Shown here piece by piece: positions 11,240-20,072 of a stretch of DNA of 64,000 bases (within the stretch, counting starts at the first letter, position 1; each line of letters starts with the position of its first letter). Below the pieces are notes generated by a model that was not told the DNA's origin, ran no database searches, and saw nothing but the letters and a program-made list of their open reading frames with translations. Location of the stretch: positions 6,053-70,052 of the IMG/VR virus record IMGVR_UViG_3300020048_000115; one strand, given 5' to 3'. This DNA comes from a virus. A program made the translations under genes and the position numbers.

Positions 11240-11644
11240 TTAAGAGCTTTTTGCTTTAATTTTGTCGGAGATTAATTTTGAGCGAACACTGTCTATATTT
11301 TGCAAGAAATCTAGCGATAACAATGTTTCTGTTTTATCAACTACGTCGTATATTTCAAATAATTTAAACACAATGGAATAATCTTTACCTAAGTAATTAC
11401 CACCCATTGGGTCCCAGTTGTCTGATAGTATTCCGTATATAACAAAGCATTGTTGAACTAAATCTGGAAAGTCAGAAAGTTCAGTTGGGATTTCTGATTC
11501 TATAGGTTCTTGCTTTAGCATTTCACACATTTCAAAGTATGTATCTTTGGTCATGTGTACATCACTATTTTGTAGGTAGTAACGTATGCTTTCTTTTAGT
11601 TCAGTTATTTGCTCATGGAAAAGTTTCCCAGATCTGTGACCTGT
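11240..11644 (-). CDS. T extension of the tail chaperone, reached by a -1 frameshift (G-T product)
   Basis: The -1 frame is open from 11644 and overlaps the end of G. Slipping at GGGAAAC gives ...DLGKLFHEQITELKESIRYYLQNSDVHMTKD... The ATG at 11554 in the ORF track is probably internal. Confidence 0.6.
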   Translation of the reverse strand, partial: TGHRSGKLFHEQITELKESIRYYLQNSDVHMTKDTYFEMCEMLKQEPIESEIPTELSDFPDLVQQCFVIYGILSDNWDPMGGNYLGKDYSIVFKLFEIYDVVDKTETLLSLDFLQNIDSVRSKLISDKIKAKSS

Positions 11645-12012
11645 TCACTAATAAACGAATCAAAGTTTGAAGAATTCTTCATTAAATACAAAGCGTTTTC
11701 TTCCGAATATTCAAGTTCCGTTTCTGGATCTTGACCAGTTAAATCTACTGGAGCTAATTGCTCAAGGTATTTGAGTTTTAAACCATCCCAACCTTTTAGG
11801 CTGGCTTTGACATATAGTTCTAAGAATAAGTCATCATTCAGTTCTTCGACTGGTTGACGATTTTTGAAACTAGTTTTTGTTGATTTTTTGCGGATAGCTT
11901 GTAGCGTTTCGCGCGACAAGAACGCAACCTGTACCTTGAAATCAGGCATTCCAGGATATTCAACTTCTAGGGCTTTACTGGGAACTAACAGTGTTTTGAG
12001 AGATAAAGACAT
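11605..12012 (-). CDS. tail assembly chaperone G (135 aa)
   Basis: Located between the major tail protein and tape measure genes. Slippery heptamer G_GGA_AAC (minus strand, 11629-11623) lies 18 nt before its stop. Confidence 0.7.
   Translation of the reverse strand: MSLSLKTLLVPSKALEVEYPGMPDFKVQVAFLSRETLQAIRKKSTKTSFKNRQPVEELNDDLFLELYVKASLKGWDGLKLKYLEQLAPVDLTGQDPETELEYSEENALYLMKNSSNFDSFISEQVTDLGNFSMSK
11623..11629 (-). other. programmed -1 ribosomal frameshift slippery site GGGAAAC (X_XXY_YYZ)
   Basis: Minus-strand reading ctg GGA AAC ttt at the end of chaperone G. The -1 frame continues for 134 codons. Confidence 0.65.
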
Positions 12013-12049
12013 GATTACCTTTAGTAATTATTATTTTATAAGGACAGAA

Positions 12050-12083
12050 AAAGTGGAGCAGGAGATCAACCCTGCTCCGTAAA
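12050..12083 (-). terminator. rho-independent terminator after the major tail protein gene
   Basis: ggagcagg-agatcaac-cctgctcc hairpin with a T-run on the minus strand. Confidence 0.6.
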
Positions 12084-12096
12084 AACTACTTAATTA

Positions 12097-13233
12097 TTAA
12101 GCAGCATTAGTTGTGTAGTAACGAACTTCGAATTCATTAGCAGCACCGATATCAAAAGCACTGCTTGCAGAACCTTGAGCGGTAAAGTTAATTGTTGTAG
12201 AAATAACCTGTTCAGTTGAAACTGAAGGGATTGTTAGTACAGAAGCTGGCATCTCGAACTCAACACGAGTAGCACTAGCAGCGCCGCCCATTTCTAGTTG
12301 AATGTAGAAAGCTGGGTCAACATCGGTAGTAGAACCTGCTAACATGTCGGCCAATAGACCGGCTGTATTACTTGCACCTGCGCGTAAGTAAGCATTAATT
12401 GTTCCACTTACAGAGCGAGTACCTGTAAAGTATGTGAACGGACGATTAACAACACCTAAGTTAGCTGGAGTTAAGTACGTTAAGTTATTAGCGATTGATA
12501 ATGAACCACCCGTTAGTGCAACTGTGTATGTATCACCAGTACCGTCAATTCCAGCGGTAACTGTTAGAGTTGATAGTTTGTTAGCGATATAAGCTGCAGT
12601 AGTGTTCTTGCCTTTGGCAACACCAGTTAAACCGCCACCGAAAGTAACTGTAGCACCACTTGTAGCTGTTAGACCACTTAACTGACGAAGAATAGCACCT
12701 TTACCGGCCCATGCAATCATAGAGATAGCATCTAAACCGAAATCAACAGTTGCTGTGTCTAGAGCACAGTTATCGATAACGTATGAAACGCCGTCAATAA
12801 CAATAATCATACCAAATTTTTGTAACTGGTGAGACTGTGAGTTTGTGGCTACCACAGTAGCTGCAGTTGTACTTTCTGTCCAGGCGGCTCCTGCGCTACC
12901 AACAGCAACAGTACCTAGTAGTGCATTCCATAATACGCCTTCTTCGGCAGTAATATTTACACCACCATCAGCAGGGCGAATATACGTTGAGAACGAGAAA
13001 TCTACTGGCTCAAGAGCAGTGTTGAAACTACGTTGACCACGAACTGGTGCTGCACCGGCTTCGTTTAAGGTAACTGTTTCAGCAGTTGTATTTTGTGAAA
13101 AACTGAATCCATCCAGTACTTGGATTTCACGAGTATTAGTAGTTGTAAAATCAGCGGACGCTACAACACCAGTTTCAGCATTTACGTTAGTCGTGAAGAA
13201 AACACGACTATTACGAATTAAATTAAATGACAT
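12097..13233 (-). CDS. major tail (tube) protein, 378 aa
   Basis: Lies immediately upstream of G/G-T and the tape measure gene. Thr/Ala/Gly-rich. Followed by a strong terminator hairpin. Confidence 0.6.
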   Translation of the reverse strand: MSFNLIRNSRVFFTTNVNAETGVVASADFTTTNTREIQVLDGFSFSQNTTAETVTLNEAGAAPVRGQRSFNTALEPVDFSFSTYIRPADGGVNITAEEGVLWNALLGTVAVGSAGAAWTESTTAATVVATNSQSHQLQKFGMIIVIDGVSYVIDNCALDTATVDFGLDAISMIAWAGKGAILRQLSGLTATSGATVTFGGGLTGVAKGKNTTAAYIANKLSTLTVTAGIDGTGDTYTVALTGGSLSIANNLTYLTPANLGVVNRPFTYFTGTRSVSGTINAYLRAGASNTAGLLADMLAGSTTDVDPAFYIQLEMGGAASATRVEFEMPASVLTIPSVSTEQVISTTINFTAQGSASSAFDIGAANEFEVRYYTTNAA

Positions 13234-13311
13234 ATTTCATTTCCTTTTTAGTTTGATACTGTAGTATCTTAACTAGATATTTATCTGTTGACGATACTTT
13301 AGTACGATTGC

Positions 13312-13749
13312 TTACATTATTGCATAACGCACTTGTAAGTTTATTTCACCGACTGCATATGGGGCTAGTAAGCCTTCATCAGTAGTGATTGACTGAACTA
13401 GAATTTCTGTTGTTTCGTAACCGCGAGTAGTATCGTATACTAGTACGCGATTTTTATCAACACAGTGCTCTATATCCTCAAGCAATAGTTCTAGCTGTTC
13501 TTGGCCGTCTTCGCCTTGGCAATATACTTTAATACTAATACCTAGGAATCCCCAAGTAAAGTCTGCCGGTAAATATTCTCGCATTTCCGAGCCAGGAGTT
13601 AAGAATACGCTGGGGAAGTCCTCGACTTCATCCCAGAACTTTAACTTAGCGTATGCATTAGTATATAGATTTGTATTATATCCTGTAGCTACACTAATTA
13701 ATTTTATTTTTTCTGTTAAGGCTTTTACAATAGATGTTCTACGACTCAT
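13312..13749 (-). CDS. tail terminator / tail completion-like protein (145 aa)
   Basis: Position between the head and tail gene blocks. Overlaps the upstream gene by 4 nt. Confidence 0.35.
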   Translation of the reverse strand: MSRRTSIVKALTEKIKLISVATGYNTNLYTNAYAKLKFWDEVEDFPSVFLTPGSEMREYLPADFTWGFLGISIKVYCQGEDGQEQLELLLEDIEHCVDKNRVLVYDTTRGYETTEILVQSITTDEGLLAPYAVGEINLQVRYAIM

Positions 13750-15143
13750 AATGCGATTGCTCTCATTCTATTACCAACCTGCGTTGCTGCAATTTCACGA
13801 ATTGAGCTGCCTATTAGTAATTTAGGGTCTCGTGAACGTGGACTACTTTGACGACCGCCTTCTGAAAAGGTTGCGTAAGGGTTCTTCATGTAACTATAAA
13901 AAGCTGTAATCATTCCAGCTCGGGACTCTGTAATAGACTCTACTCTCGCCGATGCCGCAAGGCGGCCAGTGCGGTAGTTTAAAACGCCCCGTCTACTACC
14001 ATCCCCCATATTAGCACTTATTACATCTTGTAATTGGCTATTAATTAATATCTGCAGAGCAGTTAAATTAAATGTTTCTGGTGTAGGCTTTTTGAATTTT
14101 GGTACGGCTTTAACCGACTGTTTTAGTTTTTTAACTTGAGCCAGTTCTTTTTTGATCTGTGTGTTAATAGCTTTAGTATCAATTTTAGCTGATTTAGACT
14201 CTGCTATTTTTATGTTTGGCGAAGTATACTGTTTGTCAGAAACTCTTTTACCTTTAATCGTATCTACAACAGCTGCCTGTATAAGATCTAACATAGAAGG
14301 CGAGCCTTTAGTACCTATTAGCTTTTCTACATTATCTTCCATTAATTTACGAATACGTTGCTCAGCTTCGCCTTCAGTAAATTTAATACCTTTACTAGTA
14401 AAAGTAACTGCGCCTGGATTTAAGTATTTACGTATAGCTTTTGATAGTGTAGCTTGTGCCCGTCCGGCGGCTACGTTTTCTTCTATCAATTGCATTTCTA
14501 CTAAGTAACTACTAGTACGTTTTTTGTACTTTGCATATAAACCATACTTAGCTGTTTTAAGATTAGAAGTAGCTAAGTCTTCTTCTTCTAGTTGTTTTTC
14601 TAAATCAGTTAAGAACCCTACTAATAAGTTTTTTGCTTCTTCAGTTAAAGTACTATTTGCTGCCAAAGACTTTTTAGTTTGTGTTAGCTTTTTAGGAAAG
14701 ATCCCAAATACGTGTCCTTTTTGAAAAAAGCTACTTATCTTTATTTCTGGATCTCTTGTTCGTGCATCTGCTAATACGTCTTCGAATCCAGTATCTAGAA
14801 TAGTACTTATATTATCAGTACTTATTCGTGGATAGTACAAGGCTTTACCTTCTACGTACGGTTCACTTATAGATCTAGCGCTGACGTTTCTTCCGTATTT
14901 GGCTTTAGCCAATTTAGCAAAAACTTTAGTAACTTGCTCTGGATTAGCTTGCGCTCCAGAAAGCTTTTCAATTATGTCTGATACTGTTTTTGTAGTAATA
15001 TAAAAAGAGTTAAACTCTTTTCCAGATTCTTTTTTACGTATATCTTTTGCAGACATTTTTAAAATATTATCTGTACTCAGTCTCTGAAACCATGCTTTTA
15101 AGGCGTTTGATTTTAAAGCAGTACTAAACTCTTGAATGCTCAT
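13746..15143 (-). CDS. morphogenesis protein of unknown function (465 aa)
   Basis: Translationally coupled within the structural operon. Lys/Glu-rich N-terminal half and basic C-terminus. Confidence 0.35.
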   Translation of the reverse strand: MSIQEFSTALKSNALKAWFQRLSTDNILKMSAKDIRKKESGKEFNSFYITTKTVSDIIEKLSGAQANPEQVTKVFAKLAKAKYGRNVSARSISEPYVEGKALYYPRISTDNISTILDTGFEDVLADARTRDPEIKISSFFQKGHVFGIFPKKLTQTKKSLAANSTLTEEAKNLLVGFLTDLEKQLEEEDLATSNLKTAKYGLYAKYKKRTSSYLVEMQLIEENVAAGRAQATLSKAIRKYLNPGAVTFTSKGIKFTEGEAEQRIRKLMEDNVEKLIGTKGSPSMLDLIQAAVVDTIKGKRVSDKQYTSPNIKIAESKSAKIDTKAINTQIKKELAQVKKLKQSVKAVPKFKKPTPETFNLTALQILINSQLQDVISANMGDGSRRGVLNYRTGRLAASARVESITESRAGMITAFYSYMKNPYATFSEGGRQSSPRSRDPKLLIGSSIREIAATQVGNRMRAIAL

Positions 15144-15757
15144 GTATAGTCCGATACATAAAGATCTAACACTCGTTTGATATGTGCTGGAAGATTAGTA
15201 TTCATGATGTACTCTAGCTGAACACTTCCACCACCGCCGGGTGTCTTTTGATTGTGAACAGCGCCGTCATTTTTACGGTAGTATGTTAGTAGATCCATTA
15301 CGGCTAGTGCTAAGTCTTGTGGTACGTCATCGTAACCTGCATAGTATACTGCACGATAACCATTTAGTTGCTCAACAAATCCTAAAGAGCTTAACGATAC
15401 AACAGTATCTTTTTGCTGTACCCAGTCTGTGAACTTTGTTAGTTCAGTGTATGTTTGTCCATAGTCAGCGCTGTACTCTACACGTAAAATGTTTACAACT
15501 GGAGTTTCTGATAAGATAAACTTATTGAAACCACCGTCAAATATTTCGTTTTTTGCACCGTCCATGAAGTCCACGAATGTTCTGCGGCAGTAGTTTTTTA
15601 CAAACTCTGAAACTCGTGGAATAAGAACATCAATTTCTGAATCATAATTAGTACTTTTGATTCCGGCATATGTCTTATATTCTGTTTTTGTAATTAAATT
15701 TAATGACATATTAACCTCTCTTGTTTTGTAAATGCACCATATACATTTACAAAACAA
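15140..15757 (-). CDS. head-tail connector / adaptor-like protein (205 aa)
   Basis: First gene after the capsid gene and its terminator. Assigned by position only. Confidence 0.35.
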   Translation of the reverse strand: MFCKCIWCIYKTREVNMSLNLITKTEYKTYAGIKSTNYDSEIDVLIPRVSEFVKNYCRRTFVDFMDGAKNEIFDGGFNKFILSETPVVNILRVEYSADYGQTYTELTKFTDWVQQKDTVVSLSSLGFVEQLNGYRAVYYAGYDDVPQDLALAVMDLLTYYRKNDGAVHNQKTPGGGGSVQLEYIMNTNLPAHIKRVLDLYVSDYT

Positions 15758-15786
15758 GACCCCGAAGGGTCTTGTTAAATATCACT
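15756..15786 (-). terminator. rho-independent terminator after the capsid gene
   Basis: caagaccc-gaag-gggtcttg hairpin with TTTTG on the minus strand. Confidence 0.65.
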
Positions 15787-15792
15787 TAAAGA

Positions 15793-17721
15793 TTAAGCAA
15801 CGTAACGTAGAGCTGAAACACCAGCACCTAGGTTAGTAGTAACTTGAGTCATACCAGTGCGTAGGCTAGCTACCATGACACGACGTTGTGTTTCTACTAG
15901 GTCTTGTGTGTCAACACGTAGACCACGCTGATTACCAACTAAGAAGTTACCTGGGTTGAAACAGATAGCACCAACTGCCGTGTCTGCTTTATCAGCAAAC
16001 TCACCGCTTACGATAACTGGTGTGTTACCGATAGCACCGATTTGACCAGTTAGTAGAGTAGCTTGTTGGCCAACTTTGTCTACAGTTAGGAAACTTGCGT
16101 CTTCTAGTAGGTCAAAGTAGTTTTCTGTGCTTACGATGTAGATAAGTTCAGCTGGGTCAAGACCCCATGTACCTAGATCACGACGTAGAAGCTGTAGCTT
16201 GGCAACAGTCATCTTGTCTGCAGCAGAAATATCTAAAGTTACAGAGCTAACTGCATCGTATGCTGCTAGACCTTTAACTGGATCGCTACCGGAGCCTGCA
16301 CCACGTAGCATAGCACGGTCAACAGCGCGAGCAACACGACGAATCATAGCATCACGTATAACAGGCATAATTGCTAGTAGAGCGTCTTCTTCTTCTTCGT
16401 AAGCAACGTACTCGTTAGTAGCTACTTTGTATGCATTTAGAGTAATCTCTTTTAGTGCATGAGTAGCGTTACTACCAGCGGAGTCCGCACTACCGAAGGC
16501 TGTGTTAGCCATCCAAGTAGCAACACCGGCTTCTGGATTTACTGGAATAGTCATTACGTTGGTTTGCATTGCGATACCACGTAGGTTAGGCGCAACAACT
16601 AAACGACGACGTACTTCGTTTTCCATGTTTAGGCTAACTTCTAATTCCCAGGTAGCTGACGGAACGTGAGCACCGTATTTTTGTACCATTTCACGACCAT
16701 ACTTGGAACCTTCTAGGCCCTTGCCAGTCATTTTAGCTAGTAAAACAGCTTTTTCTTTGTCTGCGTAAGACATTTCGTTAGACTTACCGTCTTGGAATTG
16801 CATACGTGACTTTGTAATTGCTTCTAGCTCTACGGACTTCTCTTTTAAGGAAGCTTCTAGACCTGCAACAACAGATTTTGTTTCTTCAGCCTGAGCAGCG
16901 AAACGCTTCTCAACTTCAGCCATAAGGGCTTCAGCACCGGTAGTAGATGGTGTTGCTAGAGCAACAGCAGCTTTAATACGGCTTTGTAGTTCAGCTTCTG
17001 CTTTGTCGGCAGTTGCTTTATCACTAGCAGCTTTTTCTTGAGCAGCTAGTAAGGATTTTGTGGCTTGTTCAGCGGCTTTAGTAGCAGCGTCGGCCAACAT
17101 TTGTTCTAATTGTTTTGGATCCATTTTCCATTCCTCGGTAATTTCGCTGTTTACATCGCTGGAGGCTTCTAGCCCATTAGCTGAGTCGCTTTTGCTTGCA
17201 AACTGCATTTTAAAAGATTTAAATTCTTCGGCCGTATCAAACGCCTTAGAAAGACTAAATAGTGTATTTTGATTTGCTGGTACAGACACAATTGATATTT
17301 CGTGTAGTTCCAGTTCTTTTACAACAAACAGCTCTAAGGCTGAATTATATTCCGCATCAACGATGCGAAAACCAATGCTAAAGGCGGTTAGCACGCCGTC
17401 TTTTACAAGATTGAAGACGTCTTCAGCTGCAGCAGATACTCGGGCTTTTACATACAGTCCTTTTTCGTCTACTCTGTGATCAGTCATTCTACCTACAGGC
17501 TCATCGTGTTGATGGTATGCAAGAATTACTGGATTTTTCAAGTAATTTTGAATACCGGCTTCCCACACACTTGCAGGAACGATATCGCCATGTCTGTCAA
17601 CGTCATTTGTTGATGCGTAACCTTCAATGGTTACGGAATCAATTTTTCCGTCAGCAGTAGGTAGAGGTTCACTCTTTGTAAAAGAACTGTTAATAAACAG
17701 GACTTTACTTTTATCTACCAT
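15793..17721 (-). CDS. prohead protease - scaffold (delta) domain - major capsid protein fusion (642 aa)
   Basis: N-terminus matches the HK97 prohead protease family (DRHGDIVP, LAYHQHDEPVG, DEKGLYVKARV, LTAFSIGF). The middle is an A/E/K-rich coiled coil. The C-terminal roughly 350 aa is an HK97-fold capsid-like region (PNLRGIAMQTNVMTIP ... NPGNFLVGNQRGLRVDTQDLVETQRRVMVASLR). Confidence 0.75.
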   Translation of the reverse strand: MVDKSKVLFINSSFTKSEPLPTADGKIDSVTIEGYASTNDVDRHGDIVPASVWEAGIQNYLKNPVILAYHQHDEPVGRMTDHRVDEKGLYVKARVSAAAEDVFNLVKDGVLTAFSIGFRIVDAEYNSALELFVVKELELHEISIVSVPANQNTLFSLSKAFDTAEEFKSFKMQFASKSDSANGLEASSDVNSEITEEWKMDPKQLEQMLADAATKAAEQATKSLLAAQEKAASDKATADKAEAELQSRIKAAVALATPSTTGAEALMAEVEKRFAAQAEETKSVVAGLEASLKEKSVELEAITKSRMQFQDGKSNEMSYADKEKAVLLAKMTGKGLEGSKYGREMVQKYGAHVPSATWELEVSLNMENEVRRRLVVAPNLRGIAMQTNVMTIPVNPEAGVATWMANTAFGSADSAGSNATHALKEITLNAYKVATNEYVAYEEEEDALLAIMPVIRDAMIRRVARAVDRAMLRGAGSGSDPVKGLAAYDAVSSVTLDISAADKMTVAKLQLLRRDLGTWGLDPAELIYIVSTENYFDLLEDASFLTVDKVGQQATLLTGQIGAIGNTPVIVSGEFADKADTAVGAICFNPGNFLVGNQRGLRVDTQDLVETQRRVMVASLRTGMTQVTTNLGAGVSALRYVA

Positions 17722-17735
17722 AATACCCCTTTGTG

Positions 17736-18920
17736 TTATTCCTTAGCGGAGGCGGGTCGTCCCCCTGTACTAGGATTTGCGGCTGATCCTGCAATGTTTG
17801 CAGGAATTCGTAAATCATCGTTACCAGTTTTTGACTCGTAACGTAATTCTATGCGCGCTTCATTTGGTGAAATAATCCCAGCATTAACTAATGTTGAGTG
17901 GTAAGCGGCAATGTCTTTTAATTCAGGCTGTAGTGCCGATACGGAGCTAGTAATAGCTTCAACGTCGTAACCGAAATATCTTTCGATGGCACTAATAAAC
18001 TTGCGATTAATTGGTAGTACTGTTTCTAAGTAGAACAATCGTAAGTTCGGGGAAATATTGGCATTGTTACCACCTTCTAGTAAGATAGGCGGAACACCAA
18101 TAGCTCGTATAATTTTTTCATCGTGAGTTTTGATTGACTGATCAAAATCCATGTCTTTGAAACTGGTTTGTGCTAATTGCTGTGGCTTTAGTCCCGAGTC
18201 TAAGATAACGGGCCTTTTTCCACCAGCTTTCGAACTATAACGCTGCAACCAGTAAGCAATTGTTTTTTCTTTGGCAACTTGTGACAATGTATTTTCGGTA
18301 GTTAATACTAAACCAAAGATTGCACCGTTATCAAAGAAGTTTTCTTGAAACTGCTGCATTGAATACAAGATATTTATGCTGCGTTCTGCTGACTGTAGTC
18401 GTGATGCGCCGCGATAAATTGATTCTGAACTAATATCGCGAAAATAAAACACTTCGGTTTCTTTGAAGTCTACCGCACCGTTGTAACGATAGCCGCGAAT
18501 AAATGTTTTTGAATCTGTTAAGATTTCTACATTTGCAGCCGGTAGGTGATACATAAAAGTACCATCAAAATGCACAAATGCGTTGCCTTCGAGTATGTAG
18601 TCTGTGAAGACTGAAGAACGAAAGTCTTGTGCCGACTGATACGGATTAGGCCTGAAGTTTAATAAAGTATTAAGCGTTTTTTGACGAATGCCTGTGGCAA
18701 CTCCATCATGTGCTTTGTCTTTGATATCGTAGTCAAGTGATGCACACGCCGATACTAGCATACTAACTGGTCGGTTAATAGACTCTAGTTTCTTGAATGC
18801 TTGAGTATAACTTAGTTTGGCGCTGGTACCAATGTGGTCGCCTTCGCCTTCTGCAATTCGTGTTTGCGCTGGATTCAGCTTTGTGCGAATCCAGTCTTGT
18901 GATTTTATAATCCAACTCAT
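17736..18920 (-). CDS. portal protein (394 aa)
   Basis: Size and position between terminase and capsid genes, with HK97-family portal-like composition. Confidence 0.6.
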   Translation of the reverse strand: MSWIIKSQDWIRTKLNPAQTRIAEGEGDHIGTSAKLSYTQAFKKLESINRPVSMLVSACASLDYDIKDKAHDGVATGIRQKTLNTLLNFRPNPYQSAQDFRSSVFTDYILEGNAFVHFDGTFMYHLPAANVEILTDSKTFIRGYRYNGAVDFKETEVFYFRDISSESIYRGASRLQSAERSINILYSMQQFQENFFDNGAIFGLVLTTENTLSQVAKEKTIAYWLQRYSSKAGGKRPVILDSGLKPQQLAQTSFKDMDFDQSIKTHDEKIIRAIGVPPILLEGGNNANISPNLRLFYLETVLPINRKFISAIERYFGYDVEAITSSVSALQPELKDIAAYHSTLVNAGIISPNEARIELRYESKTGNDDLRIPANIAGSAANPSTGGRPASAKE

Positions 18921-18928
18921 TTTGTTCC

Positions 18929-19360
18929 CTAGGTAAACTCTGAGAAAAACGAGCCAAAACTTTGTTGAGGAATGCTAGATCCACCAGTTAAATATTTTTC
19001 GCGCTGTATCCCGATCCAACGGGCCTGCTTAGCTTCGCTACCAGGTTTAGGTGCTTTTCCATAAACACTATGTAGCGCAACATGATGCTTGTTACATAGG
19101 GTGTAAACTTGCTCATATAACTCGTGATGATGTTCTTGAATAAACTCGTCTCTTACTGCTAAAATACCTTCGTCGGAAGATATATCATAGCCTTTTCGTT
19201 CAGCCCACGTTTCCAAAAGTATTGTTACTGAGTGTAAGTGATGCAATTCTAAATCTTCAGTCTTGTCACAGACAAAACACTCAGATTTCTTTTCATAGGC
19301 TGCTTTAGCCTTATCGCGTACCCATTTTACTGGAATACGGTTGTTTGTGTTTTTAGCCAT
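18929..19360 (-). CDS. HNH endonuclease (143 aa)
   Basis: CxxC ... ELHHLHS ... CNKHHVALH motifs. Sits in the classic position next to the terminase and portal genes. Confidence 0.7.
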   Translation of the reverse strand: MAKNTNNRIPVKWVRDKAKAAYEKKSECFVCDKTEDLELHHLHSVTILLETWAERKGYDISSDEGILAVRDEFIQEHHHELYEQVYTLCNKHHVALHSVYGKAPKPGSEAKQARWIGIQREKYLTGGSSIPQQSFGSFFSEFT

Positions 19361-19451
19361 TTTTAATGTATAGCTTTCAATATACTAGTATTATATACTA
19401 TAGGCACCAAAAAGTCAATACCTAAATTTTCACAACAGCTTGTAACTCTGA

Positions 19452-19481
19452 CTTGCTTTATTGTGTTATTTCGGGTATAAT
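19452..19481 (+). promoter_or_regulatory. sigma70-type promoter of the GIY-YIG gene
   Basis: TTGCTT-17-TATAAT (cgggTATAAT), 18 nt before the ATG. Confidence 0.5.
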
Positions 19482-19499
19482 TGAATTTTTAGGACAAAT

Positions 19500-20072
19500 A
19501 TGGATTCTGGAATATACCAAATAACTTTTCCGAACGGGTACTTTTACCTAGGAAAATCTGAAACAATATCACAGCGATGGAAAACACACCAAAAGAACTT
19601 TATCCAAAACACGCATACTAAAAAGATGCAAGCTGCTTACAACGAGTTTGGTGAGCCTGAGTACAAAGTTTTACTAAGAGTACACGCAGAGCATGTGGGC
19701 ATTTTTGAATCAGTGTTTATTAATCGTGCTTGGGGTCCGGGTATTTTAAATACTACTAAGCCCAAACCTCTGGACACCGAAACTGCGGAAGCGTATTTAG
19801 ATGCGTACGATAATATTGTGTTTAACAATACGTCGTGTATGTTGTATTCAACTCTAGAACACGTAACAAAACTCAAAGAGACTCACCTAGAGCTAACAGA
19901 GGCTAACGCAAGAATCAAGTCTTTAACAACTCAAGGATTTGTGCTACCCGATGAAGCACTTGATGCCATGGATGATTTAAAAGCTATTTGTTTAAAGCAA
20001 AACACAGAGCTACTACGACTAGCTAATCTCAGTGTGTATGACAGAATGTTTAATTACAGTGTATACGTGTAA
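19500..20072 (+). CDS. GIY-YIG homing endonuclease (190 aa)
   Basis: N-terminal GIYQITFPNGYFYLGKS motif. Opposite strand to its neighbours, with its own TTGCTT-17-TATAAT promoter. Overlaps the terL 3-prime end by 19 nt. Confidence 0.75.
   Translation: MDSGIYQITFPNGYFYLGKSETISQRWKTHQKNFIQNTHTKKMQAAYNEFGEPEYKVLLRVHAEHVGIFESVFINRAWGPGILNTTKPKPLDTETAEAYLDAYDNIVFNNTSCMLYSTLEHVTKLKETHLELTEANARIKSLTTQGFVLPDEALDAMDDLKAICLKQNTELLRLANLSVYDRMFNYSVYV

Noticed and set aside
11215-11255. Imperfect hairpin (gcccttaaat...atttaagagc + TTTTTGC) between the chaperone and tape measure genes, considered as a terminator
   Set aside because: It would terminate transcription inside an obligately co-expressed G/G-T/tape-measure unit and overlaps the G-T stop. 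More likely an attenuating structure or chance.
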